Below are positions 10,647 through 20,669 of a stretch of DNA of 64,000 nucleotides, one piece after another (position 1 is the stretch's first letter; each line of letters opens with the position of its first letter). The notes below the pieces were generated by a model that saw only the letters and a program-made list of their open reading frames with translations, ran no database searches and had not been told where the DNA came from. Source of the DNA: an uncultured virus (IMG/VR IMGVR_UViG_3300031787_008607) (Duplodnaviria; Heunggongvirae; Uroviricota; Caudoviricetes). Location: the IMG/VR virus record IMGVR_UViG_3300031787_008607, positions 1-64,000 of that record; one strand, written 5' to 3'. A program made the position numbers and the translations under genes.

Positions 10647-11965
10647 AAAAGATAATATTATTACTTTCAGTTATCCTTGTAACATCAACTTCATATTCAC
10701 AAGAAGTTAATTATGAAGATACTATCGTTGATGGTATAAACACCACATGGACGGATAATGATTTGGATACTTTACAAGTTGCTGCTATGGGTATACAAGA
10801 AATTGTTACCACTTGGATTGCTCCTGAACCTGAACCAGAACCTGTTGATGTTACTAAACTTTCAGAGGGAGATTTGGCAAGTATTGCTGAGGACGTTAAG
10901 TTCTTGGACGACTTACCAAAGTCATATAATGATTTACCTAAGGAAGATTTAAAAAATGTATTGATTCAAATTGATAACAAGATTGCTAAACTTACTGCTG
11001 AACGAGATTCATTATTGGCTCAAGCGGTTAGAAATGAAGAACTTATTAAATCCAAAGAAAATACAATCGGTTCATTAGGTAAAGAAAAGAATATCATTGG
11101 TTTAACCTTGGAGACAGATAACTTAACAGATGAGAACGGAAACTTAATACATGAGAAAACTGATTTAGAAAAAGAAAGAGAAACCTTAAAGAAATATCTT
11201 TATAGTGCTTTAGTTGTGTTAGCGATAATCGGTTTAATATTGGCAATCGTCCTACAAAGAAAGAGAATACAAGTACAAGATGTTGAGATTGAACAACAAC
11301 TTACTGACATTGCTAAGAAAAATAGTTACTTGGAACATGCTGCAAGAATTATCCGTCACGATATGCACTCTGGTATTAACACATATATGCCGAGAGGTAT
11401 TACTTCATTAGAGAAGAGATTAACGACTGAAGACATCCAAAGATTAAAGATTGAAGGAGCATTGAAGATGGTTAAGGAAGGATTAAGTCATACACAAAGA
11501 GTTTATAAAAGTGTTTATGAGTTTACCAATCTTGTTAAACAAAATGTTGTATTAAATAAATCTGTGGTTAACGCTAAAGATTTGATTTGGAAATACATAT
11601 CACCAAATTCGTATAGTGTTCAAGTTGAAATTTCTGAGTTGGGTGATATGGAAGTTAACGAGACATTATTCTGTAATGCTATTGAAAACTTAATCAAGAA
11701 TGGTTTATCGTATAACGATAGTGAGGTTAAAAAGGTTAAAATATATAACGAAGAAGAATATTTAATTGTTGAGGACAACGGAAGAGGGTTCACACAAAAA
11801 CAATTTGAAAAACATTTAACAAAGTATTCAAAGAAAGCAGATGTTACTGGTGACGAGAAGGGTCTTGGATTGAATATCTGTGTTGCGATATTGGAAGAGC
11901 ATGGTTTTAAATTGAGTTGTGAAAAAATTGAAGGTGGAACCAAAATGAAAATAAAAATAAAATAA
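10643..11965 (+). CDS. Sensor histidine kinase with extracytoplasmic coiled coil
   Basis: Signal peptide, TM, IRHDMHS, NLIKNGL, DNGRG, KGLGL. Confidence 0.9.
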   Translation: MKKIILLLSVILVTSTSYSQEVNYEDTIVDGINTTWTDNDLDTLQVAAMGIQEIVTTWIAPEPEPEPVDVTKLSEGDLASIAEDVKFLDDLPKSYNDLPKEDLKNVLIQIDNKIAKLTAERDSLLAQAVRNEELIKSKENTIGSLGKEKNIIGLTLETDNLTDENGNLIHEKTDLEKERETLKKYLYSALVVLAIIGLILAIVLQRKRIQVQDVEIEQQLTDIAKKNSYLEHAARIIRHDMHSGINTYMPRGITSLEKRLTTEDIQRLKIEGALKMVKEGLSHTQRVYKSVYEFTNLVKQNVVLNKSVVNAKDLIWKYISPNSYSVQVEISELGDMEVNETLFCNAIENLIKNGLSYNDSEVKKVKIYNEEEYLIVEDNGRGFTQKQFEKHLTKYSKKADVTGDEKGLGLNICVAILEEHGFKLSCEKIEGGTKMKIKIK

Positions 11966-11981
11966 AGAAAAAGAAAAAAAC

Positions 11982-12413
11982 ATGATTGATTCAATTTTGT
12001 TAGTGGATGATGAGGATTTGTTCCACTTGGTATTTGAGGACAGTTGTTCCTTGTTAGACATCACATTGTCATTAAAGAGTTTGAATAGTTCTGATGAGGC
12101 GGCTAAATTATTTGCTGATTGGCAAAAAAATTCAGATGGACGACCTGAGTGTGTGTTCGTTGATTTGAACATTATCGGTTCATCCTTTGATGGTATTGAA
12201 CTTATCCGTAAGGTTAATTTTGAATATGGTAACCATGTGGTTATTGGTATTATATCTTCAAGTAACGAACCTGAAGAACAGGCTAAAGCAATTCAGGCTG
12301 GTGCTCAGTTTTGGATTATCAAGTCAGATGATATTGAACCAAGATTGGAAGATTTCAAAAAAGATTATGAGGGTTACAAAAACAGAACCGCGCCATTCAA
12401 AGTTTATAAATGA
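11982..12413 (+). CDS. Single-domain response regulator (CheY-like receiver)
   Basis: ILLVDD, VFVDLN, ISSS, IIK motifs. Confidence 0.92.
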   Translation: MIDSILLVDDEDLFHLVFEDSCSLLDITLSLKSLNSSDEAAKLFADWQKNSDGRPECVFVDLNIIGSSFDGIELIRKVNFEYGNHVVIGIISSSNEPEEQAKAIQAGAQFWIIKSDDIEPRLEDFKKDYEGYKNRTAPFKVYK

Positions 12414-13096
12414 TAGTATTAGATAAAAATACAAAGAAGTTATTAATAGAAACTTTTAAGACTAAGAACATTGGTCTTGAAGGTAATATTACTAAATTAA
12501 TAGATGCTCAAGACGACGAGGAGTTCAAGGAGTATCTTAAAACTTGTATTGAAAAAGATACTGCATTAAGAAGAAAACGTTTGGAGATGACTAAAAAAGT
12601 TCAGGTTCAAAATAATGATTTGACAACCTTGAATGAAGAAAATCAAAGAATACTTACTGAACTACAAGAAACATTAGATAGTGTTGAGGAACAGAAAAGT
12701 CAGATTGAATGTCAAAACGCCGAATTAATTACTTGGAAAATGGAGAATGAAAAGATTGGGGCAGAGCTTGTTGAGGCGATGAAACAATCTGAAATGGCAA
12801 GAGTCATCGCTGAGAATGCTAAGAACGAAGCGGAGAACAATTTAGATTTAATACAGAAGAAAACTCAATTTGAGTTGATTAATAATATTGTTAGGGTTGC
12901 TCTTTATGTAATCATAGGTGTTGGAGGAATCACGACTGGAATATATGTTTATTCTATGACAATAGGAATGGATACGGACATCATTGGCTCCACTTGGAGT
13001 AATATGTTTGGTATTCTGTTAACAAATAGTTTCAGTATCGTGGGAACAATACTTGGGGTGAAGTATGGTGCTAATCCTGGCAAGGAAGATAAATAA
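12410..13096 (+). CDS. Coiled-coil protein with two C-terminal TM helices
   Basis: ORF coupled to the response regulator gene. Confidence 0.75.
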   Translation: MIVLDKNTKKLLIETFKTKNIGLEGNITKLIDAQDDEEFKEYLKTCIEKDTALRRKRLEMTKKVQVQNNDLTTLNEENQRILTELQETLDSVEEQKSQIECQNAELITWKMENEKIGAELVEAMKQSEMARVIAENAKNEAENNLDLIQKKTQFELINNIVRVALYVIIGVGGITTGIYVYSMTIGMDTDIIGSTWSNMFGILLTNSFSIVGTILGVKYGANPGKEDK

Positions 13097-13113
13097 ACAA
13101 AAAAAATAAAAAA

Positions 13114-13656
13114 ATGAGTAGATTAAAAAAGTTAATTTTCGGTGAAACTCCGTATGTAAAGGTTGAAGATAAAAATAGATTTTATTACATGCTTCAACAG
13201 ATGCAGGCAAACAGATGGAAGATAACAATGATTGTATTGTTCTTATTTTTTTTCATCATTGCTGGTATAAACTCCGCAGTATTTTTCGGTGTATCAATTG
13301 AAGAGAACTGGAAAGAAATGTTATTGATATTGTTCGGAGCATTCGTTGGTAATCTTAACAAGGTTGTTGATTACTGGTTTAACTCTGAGGATAGAGATAA
13401 GATGTTAATCCAAAAGGTTGATGAAGAGGACGGAACAGTATTATCTAATGTTTCAGAATACCCAACAACCCCAAGACCACCACAACCACCAGTTGTTGTA
13501 GTTACACAAGTTAAAGAAGAAACTCCTGTGGTTGTTGAAGAACCAGTTGTTTATGAAGAACCGACAACTTATACTGAACCTGAGGTGTATGAGGAACCAA
13601 TCGTTGAGGAATACCCAACAGAGGAACCTACACAAGAAGGTGAAGAAAACATATAA
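13114..13656 (+). CDS. 2-TM membrane protein with Pro/Glu-rich tail (holin-like motif)
   Basis: LLILFGAFVGNLNKVVDYWF; EEP repeats. Confidence 0.6.
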   Translation: MSRLKKLIFGETPYVKVEDKNRFYYMLQQMQANRWKITMIVLFLFFFIIAGINSAVFFGVSIEENWKEMLLILFGAFVGNLNKVVDYWFNSEDRDKMLIQKVDEEDGTVLSNVSEYPTTPRPPQPPVVVVTQVKEETPVVVEEPVVYEEPTTYTEPEVYEEPIVEEYPTEEPTQEGEENI

Positions 13657-13674
13657 CAAGTTAGCGTATTGTTG

Positions 13675-13703
13675 AAAACCCCACTTGAAAAGGTGGGGTT
13701 TTT
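13675..13703 (+). terminator. Intrinsic terminator ending the two-component operon
   Basis: AAAACCCCAC/GTGGGGTTTT. Confidence 0.8.
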
Positions 13704-13759
13704 GTTTTACATTTGTATCAGTTACAAGAGTTCTTTGAAATAAATAAAGAGATAATATT

Positions 13760-14131
13760 ATGGAAACAACTTATTTTGTTTTAGGTGTGCTCACGGTAGT
13801 TGCGGTAATTGTTGCCGGTGTGATTACTTGGGGTTTGCTTATGATTAATAAACAACAAACAGAAATTGGAAATCTGAAAGAAGATATCCAAGGATTAGTG
13901 AGAACAATTTCACAAGAAATAGAAGATACGACTCGTCGTATTGATAGTGAAAGACAATACATTCAATCTGGGGTTAGAGAACATAACGACAGATTGGAAA
14001 GACAAATTACAGATATTTGGAGAGCTATGAAGGATTCTATTTCTGAATCCAACTCATATACTGACAAACGAATTGATAAATTAATTGATACCTATGATAT
14101 CAAGAAAGAAAAAGACCTGTTAAAAGGATAA
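13760..14131 (+). CDS. TM-anchored coiled-coil hypothetical protein
   Basis: ORF flanked by a 16-bp inverted repeat. Confidence 0.75.
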   Translation: METTYFVLGVLTVVAVIVAGVITWGLLMINKQQTEIGNLKEDIQGLVRTISQEIEDTTRRIDSERQYIQSGVREHNDRLERQITDIWRAMKDSISESNSYTDKRIDKLIDTYDIKKEKDLLKG

Positions 14132-14172
14132 AATAAACATAAAGAACTCTTGTAACTTTTAAAAAAAATATT

Positions 14173-14364
14173 ATGAAAACAATTAGAAAAATTCTTTTAG
14201 TATTACCAATCTTAGTAGCCTTATTACTTTTAGTGACTTTAACCATATCAGCATTTACTGGTAATGATATTGAAAACTACTTGGATGTTAAGTGGTGGGG
14301 TCTCTTCCTTTTGGTTGAGATTTGGGCTGAACAAAAATATCAAAAATTAAATGATGGTGAATAA
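14173..14364 (+). CDS. Small membrane hypothetical protein
   Basis: ORF. Confidence 0.6.
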   Translation: MKTIRKILLVLPILVALLLLVTLTISAFTGNDIENYLDVKWWGLFLLVEIWAEQKYQKLNDGE

Positions 14365-14737
14365 GTTAAGGTTTGCGGTCATTGCTCACGACAATAAGAA
14401 GGCGGACATGGTTGCCTTCATCATGAAGAGGTTGGACTTCTTCAAAGATAACGTTGAAATATTTGCAACAGGAACAACTGGTAAACATATTGAGTTTGCA
14501 GGATTGGATGTTATAAGGTTGAAGTCAGGGCCAATGGGTGGTGATGCTCAGATTGCAGCCATGATTGTAGAAAATAAGATTGATTGTGTTATTTTCTTCA
14601 TTGACCCTTTATCGGCTCACCCACACGAAGTTGATGTTCAGATGTTGGTTCGTATCTGTAATGTAACTGACACACCAATTGCTTGTAATTACGCTACGGC
14701 AAGTATGTTGATTAATTATTTTGAAAATCAAAAATAA
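14351..14737 (+). CDS. mgsA: Methylglyoxal synthase
   Basis: IAHDNKK, ATGTTG, SGPMGGDAQI, DPLSAHPHEVDV. Confidence 0.95.
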   Translation: MMVNKLRFAVIAHDNKKADMVAFIMKRLDFFKDNVEIFATGTTGKHIEFAGLDVIRLKSGPMGGDAQIAAMIVENKIDCVIFFIDPLSAHPHEVDVQMLVRICNVTDTPIACNYATASMLINYFENQK

Positions 14738-14742
14738 CTTAT

Positions 14743-14750
14743 TATCTTTG
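14743..14750 (+). promoter_or_regulatory. Bacteroidota-type -7 promoter element TAnnTTTG (example of many)
   Basis: TATCTTTG 4 nt before ATG 14755; same geometry at 17683, 19249 and others. Confidence 0.7.
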
Positions 14751-14754
14751 TAGT

Positions 14755-15453
14755 ATGATTTTAAGGATTGAACAAGACATAAAAGGAGTATTCCCAAACA
14801 TTTGGATATGTTCTGACCCGCATTACAACCACAAGAACATTTGTAGAGGAACGACTAATTGGAGAACAACGGATAATGAAATTCCTGTTGACCAAACTCG
14901 TGACTTTGATACGATTGAACGAATGAACCAATCAATCGTCGATGGTATCAATTGGAATGTGGGTCAGGATGACGTATTGATTTGTCTTGGTGACTGGTCT
15001 TTTGGTGGGTTTGAGTTCATCAAACAATTCAGAGATAGAATTGTATGTAAAAATGTTCACCTTGTATTGGGTAACCACGACCACCACATTGAGAGAAACA
15101 GGGAGAATGTTAAATCAATATTCAGTTCGGTTTCAGAATACCTACGAATTGTTGTGATGGAACCTGTGAAGAAAAACGAAGCAAAGCGTCATGAGTTCGT
15201 ATGTATGCACTACCCAATCCAAAGTTGGGACGGGATGAATAAAGGTATTATTCACCTTCACGGACACGTTCACCTACCAAACGGAAGAAAGTTCGGTAAT
15301 GGGAAGAAAATGGATGTTGGGTTTGATGGTCACCCTGAGTTCCGACCTTACAACTTGTTGAGGGAAGTATTACCTTTGATGAAAAACCGTGAGATGTTAT
15401 CGGATATGCCGAATGACCACCACCTTGAAAGATTATTAAACGCTGATAAATAA
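14755..15453 (+). CDS. Calcineurin-like metallophosphoesterase
   Basis: SDPH, LGD, GNHD, HGHVH. Confidence 0.9.
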   Translation: MILRIEQDIKGVFPNIWICSDPHYNHKNICRGTTNWRTTDNEIPVDQTRDFDTIERMNQSIVDGINWNVGQDDVLICLGDWSFGGFEFIKQFRDRIVCKNVHLVLGNHDHHIERNRENVKSIFSSVSEYLRIVVMEPVKKNEAKRHEFVCMHYPIQSWDGMNKGIIHLHGHVHLPNGRKFGNGKKMDVGFDGHPEFRPYNLLREVLPLMKNREMLSDMPNDHHLERLLNADK

Positions 15454-15458
15454 AGATT

Positions 15459-15908
15459 ATGAAAATATATTTGGATGATGTAAGAACACCTGTTGAAAGA
15501 GACTGGCAGGTTGTTAGAACTTTTTATGAACTATCTGATTTAATCCAAAAGGTTGGATTGAATGCTGTTGATGTTATATCATTAGACCACGACTTGGGAG
15601 ATAGTGCTATGAATGAATACCACACAAACGTTTCACCTAATTATAAATTGAGTTATGAAAACATTACTGAAAAAACTGGCTACGATGCTGCGAAGTTCTT
15701 GGTTGACGAATTCTATAAACTAAACCCTGAAAGATTGGAGATGGGTTATTCCAACCGAAAGAGAGAACCAATTAAGTTCCCTGATGTTTATACTCACTCT
15801 GCTAATCCTATTGGTAGTGCTAACATTATGGGTTATATCAATAACTTCTTGATGAATGAGGGTAAACCACAAAATTGTATCAGAGTTCAAATACCACATA
15901 CCGTATGA
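15459..15908 (+). CDS. Cyclic-phosphate-processing receiver-like domain protein
   Basis: IYLDDVRTP, ISLDHDLG, TGYD, HSANPIG. Confidence 0.75.
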   Translation: MKIYLDDVRTPVERDWQVVRTFYELSDLIQKVGLNAVDVISLDHDLGDSAMNEYHTNVSPNYKLSYENITEKTGYDAAKFLVDEFYKLNPERLEMGYSNRKREPIKFPDVYTHSANPIGSANIMGYINNFLMNEGKPQNCIRVQIPHTV

Positions 15909-16298
15909 CACTAACAAGTAGAATTGAATTAACTATCAATCTTACGATTGACCAACGTCTTGATATCATTAAAAAGATTGACCAACACTTTGACATTTTG
16001 GATTTTGGAATTGGTCCAATACCTGATGATGTTGATGAACAGGACGAGAACATCCATCGTAGGATTGATAGTTTTTACCCAGGACTTCCAAGAACTACAA
16101 AAGTATATTACACAATTAATTAATATGGGTTATGCAATTTCTATGGTATTTTTTTGGGTATTCCTAATTAGTACTAGTTCACTTTTAGTTATTATTTTTG
16201 GAACTTATTTGTCCAGTAAGACAAAAGGTAGTAGATTTGACAAATGGTGGAGACGCCATATTATTGATGATATACCTGAAGAATTAGAAGATTAAAAT

Positions 16299-16688
16299 AT
16301 GAAAACATTATATATCGTAAGAGGCATACCAGGAAGTGGTAAAAGCACATTTGCACAATCATTGGATTGTCCTGTATTTGAGGCTGACCAATATTTTATT
16401 GACTCTGAAACAGGTGAATACAAATTTGACGGGTCAAAAATAAAACTGGCTCATAACTGGTGTAAATTACGTGTTGAGCAAAGTATGGAAGATGATTTTC
16501 AAAAGATAGCCGTTTCAAACACATTTACTCAAGAATGGGAAATGGACGCTTACTATGAGTTAGCCAAACAATACGGATACAGAGTTTTTTCACTTATCGT
16601 GGAGAACCGACATGGTGGTGTAAATGAACATGGTGTACCTGAAGACAAGTTAGAATTAATGAAAAACCGTTTTGAAGTGAAACTTTAA
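16299..16688 (+). CDS. P-loop kinase (polynucleotide kinase/AAA_33-like)
   Basis: RGIPGSGKST, EADQYF, VSNTF. Confidence 0.85.
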   Translation: MKTLYIVRGIPGSGKSTFAQSLDCPVFEADQYFIDSETGEYKFDGSKIKLAHNWCKLRVEQSMEDDFQKIAVSNTFTQEWEMDAYYELAKQYGYRVFSLIVENRHGGVNEHGVPEDKLELMKNRFEVKL

Positions 16689-16694
16689 CAAACA

Positions 16695-17294
16695 ATGATT
16701 GATAATATTGAATTAATAAAACCATTATTGAACTTTGAAAACGAGGGTGACTTCTATATGCTCTACGTATTCAAACGAAAGAAAGACCAACCTGAAGGTG
16801 AAAGAGACAATCATCAGTCAGTTCGGACTATCAAAACTTATTGTGTTGAAAGTATTGAATACTTGGAGAAACGATACGATGAGATTAAACAACTCTGTGA
16901 GATGTTTAAGGCTCGGGCGTATATCCACGTTCAAAAACAAAACCATAAGGATGTGTCATTGGAAATGATGATTGGACTGGCTGAAAAGATTAAGAACGGA
17001 CAACATAACCAAAAACATTTGTTTGACTCAGTTGTCGGACAGATTAAAACCCATGAGAGTAGATGGATTGTAGATTTGGATACTCAAGATGAAGGTGAAG
17101 TGGTTAGAATAACTAAAGCCATTAATGTTATCAGACCTGAAGGAGATAAGATTAAATGTATCATTCCAACCAAAAATGGTTATCATTTCATTACCGATAG
17201 ATTTGATTCGGAGGTGTTTAAAAAAGTATTTCCTGAAATAGAAATACAAAAAAAGAATCCAACTTTATTATTTTTACCTAATTCATTATGTTAA
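16695..17294 (+). CDS. Hypothetical protein with AEP/primpol-like motifs
   Basis: IVDLD and TKNGYH motifs. Confidence 0.5.
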   Translation: MIDNIELIKPLLNFENEGDFYMLYVFKRKKDQPEGERDNHQSVRTIKTYCVESIEYLEKRYDEIKQLCEMFKARAYIHVQKQNHKDVSLEMMIGLAEKIKNGQHNQKHLFDSVVGQIKTHESRWIVDLDTQDEGEVVRITKAINVIRPEGDKIKCIIPTKNGYHFITDRFDSEVFKKVFPEIEIQKKNPTLLFLPNSLC

Positions 17295-17674
17295 TTTCAT
17301 TTATTATTATCTTCATCCATTGGATTGCCGACTTTGTATTACAAACTGACTGGCAAGCCCAAAACAAAAGTAAGAACAACTTTGCGTTATTAAGTCATAC
17401 GTCAAACTATTCAATGGTGTGGTTGTTACCTATGTGTTTTGTCTTTGGTATGATGAAAGAAGGTGCGACAACTGAATGGATTGTTTGGTCTACATTATAC
17501 TTTTGTATGATTACTCTTATTACTCATACTATTACTGATTACTTTACTAGTCGTTTAAATAGTAAGTTGTGGGCGGGAGGTAAAGTTCATTACTTTTTTG
17601 TCAGTGTTGGTTTTGACCAAGTGTTACATTACGGTCAGTTATTTTTAACGTATCATTATTTGTTTAATCGTTAA
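17288..17674 (+). CDS. DUF3307-like membrane protein
   Basis: HWIADFVLQ...H..TD...GFDQVLH. Confidence 0.75.
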   Translation: MLISFIIIFIHWIADFVLQTDWQAQNKSKNNFALLSHTSNYSMVWLLPMCFVFGMMKEGATTEWIVWSTLYFCMITLITHTITDYFTSRLNSKLWAGGKVHYFFVSVGFDQVLHYGQLFLTYHYLFNR

Positions 17675-17694
17675 TTGTTTTGTATCTTTGTTAA

Positions 17695-18756
17695 ATGAAC
17701 GAAGTGCTAAACAAATATTTTGAGGAAGGGTTGGTGTATAAACAAGTACATCCGACTCTTCCTTTGACTATATGGAACTACACTGAAAAGGTTCAGTACG
17801 AAGGTTTATGGGATGATGTTACTTTACAAACTCGTGGGTTAGTTACTGATGATAAAGGTAATGTTGTTGCCCGTCCATTTAAAAAGTTCTTCAACATAGA
17901 AGAAGAAAGACATACTCCGACTTCTGAGTTTGATGTCTACGAAAAGATGGATGGTTCACTTGGAATATTGTTCAACTATGAGGGACAATGGGTATTGGCC
18001 ACTCGTGGTTCCTTTGCTTCTGACCAATCATTAAAAGGTTTCTTCATGTTACAAAAATATGACTTCAAGAAACTTCACAAAGATTACACTTACCTGTTTG
18101 AAATAATATATGATGATAACCGTATAGTTGTTAAGTATGACTATGAGGACTTGGTATTACTTGGTATGATAAATACTGAAACTGGGTATGAGGTTGATTT
18201 GTATGGTGATGGAGTTGATGTTAGATTTAAGAACATGGTTAACAATCTTGGTTTCAAAGTTGTTAAAAAATACGATGGAATTCGGGATTATACCGAATTG
18301 AAGGATAAAGTTGAACAAAACGCTGAAGGATTTGTTGTTCGTTTTTCTAACGGAGATAGAATGAAAGTTAAGGGTGTGGAGTATCTTCGTCTTCATAAAC
18401 TCATGACTAATGTGTCTACCACTTCTGTTTGGGAAATGTTGAGTGAGGACAAAGATGTGTTGGAGATATTGAAGGATGTCCCTGACGAATTCTATAAGAA
18501 GATAAAGATGTATGTTCAGGAGTTAAGGTATAACCACTATCAGTTTGGAGAACGTGCTGGTAAGATATATCAGTATTTCAGATATGGTAAGTATGGGGAC
18601 AGAGACCCTGAACCATCAAAGAAAGAGTTTGCTTTACACTTACAAGAATGTGATACTCACCCAAAGATAAAGGCGTTATGTTTTATGATGTGGGATGGAA
18701 AGAGTACTGATAAAGTAATATGGAATTATTTAAAACCCGAATATAAAAAGTTATGA
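17695..18756 (+). CDS. T4 Rnl1-like RNA ligase
   Basis: RPFKKFFN, EKMDGSLG, FEII, EGFVV, KVK. Confidence 0.9.
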   Translation: MNEVLNKYFEEGLVYKQVHPTLPLTIWNYTEKVQYEGLWDDVTLQTRGLVTDDKGNVVARPFKKFFNIEEERHTPTSEFDVYEKMDGSLGILFNYEGQWVLATRGSFASDQSLKGFFMLQKYDFKKLHKDYTYLFEIIYDDNRIVVKYDYEDLVLLGMINTETGYEVDLYGDGVDVRFKNMVNNLGFKVVKKYDGIRDYTELKDKVEQNAEGFVVRFSNGDRMKVKGVEYLRLHKLMTNVSTTSVWEMLSEDKDVLEILKDVPDEFYKKIKMYVQELRYNHYQFGERAGKIYQYFRYGKYGDRDPEPSKKEFALHLQECDTHPKIKALCFMMWDGKSTDKVIWNYLKPEYKKL

Positions 18757-18953
18757 AAAAAGAAACATTTGGACAAATAGACCAAACCAATCCTGTTACA
18801 AAAGGTAGTACCGCTTTGGTATATAAAGAAGAAACACTTGAAGATGCTGCACAATCTTACGCTGTAAATCAAAGAAATAGAACTTCTCATTATATGGGGT
18901 TTATTCAAGGTGCTAAATGGATGGAAAGACAAATGAAAAATAAAACTAAATAA
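18753..18953 (+). CDS. Hypothetical protein
   Basis: ORF; ETLEDAA...FIQGAKW motif. Confidence 0.6.
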   Translation: MKKETFGQIDQTNPVTKGSTALVYKEETLEDAAQSYAVNQRNRTSHYMGFIQGAKWMERQMKNKTK

Positions 18954-18957
18954 AACT

Positions 18958-19236
18958 ATGAAAAACATCTTAACATCAGTTTGGACACTTGGAGCTGTGT
19001 TCATTGGAATTGTAATATCGTTAATTGTAATTGCGTCTTATGATAAACAAAATGGTTATCATTATACAGAGGCTCATTACGTTATAAAGGTTGAAAGACA
19101 CCGACCACAGAATGTTCATGAAGAGATGAACTTGTATTATAACATCACACTTGAAAATGGTGTGGAGATGAAGTCGTTGAGACAGGTATCTGTTGGTGAT
19201 ACTATCTATTTTGATATGTATAAAGTTGGAAAGTAA
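18958..19236 (+). CDS. Hypothetical membrane-anchored protein
   Basis: ORF. Confidence 0.65.
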   Translation: MKNILTSVWTLGAVFIGIVISLIVIASYDKQNGYHYTEAHYVIKVERHRPQNVHEEMNLYYNITLENGVEMKSLRQVSVGDTIYFDMYKVGK

Positions 19237-19260
19237 GTAATTTATTCGTATATTTGTTAA

Positions 19261-19941
19261 ATGTTGAAAGTAACCTTAATATCTGACACGCACACTAAAG
19301 AACGAAATGTTCTTGTGAATGGTGGTGACTTGATTTTACATAGCGGTGACGTTATGAACTCAGGTTATAATTGGGAAGATTTGTATGACTTCTTAAATTG
19401 GTTCAGTGAACTACCATATAAGATGAAGGTATTCATTCCTGGTAATCACGACAGATACATTGAGGACAAACCATTTGACGCTTGGAAGATGATTCGTGAG
19501 TTTAACGACAAAGGTGTTGTTTGTTTGATTGATGACTTCGTTGAGTTTGAGGGATTGAAAATCTATGGTAGTCCTTGGCAACCTGAGTTCTACAATTGGG
19601 CATTCAACCTACCACGTAATGGTAAGGAGTTGGAAGAGAAGTGGGCAAACATTCCTGACGATACCGACATCTTGTTAACACACGGACCAGCTTGGGGTAT
19701 CTTGGATACCGTAGTCAATCGTCGTGACGTTAATCTTGGATGTGAGATGTTGGCAAAACGATTGGAGACATTACACCCACTAATCCATAGTTGCGGTCAC
19801 ATCCACACAGGTTATGGGTATGTTGAAAAGAACGGAACACACTTCTTCAACGCATCTATCTTGGATGAGCGTTACAGTCACAACCAAAAACCTTTTGATA
19901 TCACCATTGATGTTGAAAATAAAAAAATAGAAATACTATGA
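19261..19941 (+). CDS. Metallophosphoesterase
   Basis: SDTH, HSGD, GNHD, THGP, GHIH. Confidence 0.9.
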   Translation: MLKVTLISDTHTKERNVLVNGGDLILHSGDVMNSGYNWEDLYDFLNWFSELPYKMKVFIPGNHDRYIEDKPFDAWKMIREFNDKGVVCLIDDFVEFEGLKIYGSPWQPEFYNWAFNLPRNGKELEEKWANIPDDTDILLTHGPAWGILDTVVNRRDVNLGCEMLAKRLETLHPLIHSCGHIHTGYGYVEKNGTHFFNASILDERYSHNQKPFDITIDVENKKIEIL

Positions 19942-20669
19942 TTGAAAAATTAGTTAAAAACAGAACTCCATATCTCGGCAAGATGATATTGAAGTTTGAG
20001 AAACACCCACACTATTCAAGTAGTATGGACGGTAGATTAAATAAAGTTCACCTTAATTTAGGGTTCACCAAATTGGTAACTAGGTTAATACCAAACCAGG
20101 TTATGGAAGGTTACTCAAATATTGACCCCAAGAAGATTGAACTGATTAACAAATACACTGGTGGTGTTATTGGAACTCACAAGTGGGGTGATAATGATAA
20201 TGATGAATTTGTTTTGGAGGATTCCTTCTTAACCAAAGATGGTAAATATATTGGTAACATTGATACCGCTTGGTGGTATTTTCAAAACGCGATGACTGTT
20301 TGTGAAGAATACCCACAAGGAGTTGCTATTGTTTGGAATACTACAAAATGTAATACGTTGGCTAGTGCACAAACGATTAAAGGTTATCGTGGATACTCTC
20401 ATCGTGGAGGTGCAACTTTTAAGATTGGTGACCGATTGTTTGATGAAGAATATAATCCAGTTGTTGAAGATTATGATGAGAACGAATTTAAAAAGTGGTG
20501 GAAAGAATACACCAAGTCATATAAAAACGGTGACGACTTTGACAAAAAATGGATTTATGGTGATGGAATCAAATCGGTAATACCATTCAACAAGAGAGGT
20601 AAAAACATAATTGAAAATTTGGAAGACGCAAGAACTGCGGCAATTAACATGTCAAAATATCTATCATAA
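19938..20669 (+). CDS. Hypothetical protein
   Basis: ORF coupled to upstream gene. Confidence 0.7.
   Translation: MIEKLVKNRTPYLGKMILKFEKHPHYSSSMDGRLNKVHLNLGFTKLVTRLIPNQVMEGYSNIDPKKIELINKYTGGVIGTHKWGDNDNDEFVLEDSFLTKDGKYIGNIDTAWWYFQNAMTVCEEYPQGVAIVWNTTKCNTLASAQTIKGYRGYSHRGGATFKIGDRLFDEEYNPVVEDYDENEFKKWWKEYTKSYKNGDDFDKKWIYGDGIKSVIPFNKRGKNIIENLEDARTAAINMSKYLS

Noticed and set aside
13530..13650. GAAGAACC-type repeats in the 13114 gene
   Set aside because: Ordinary low-complexity Glu/Pro protein tail.
6487..13656. Bacterial chromosome origin suggested by dnaK and the two-component genes
   Set aside because: No dnaJ/grpE context, and the surrounding ORFan density, leader families, shared terminators and promoters fit a large phage. 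No capsid or terminase gene is in this window, so viral origin remains an inference.
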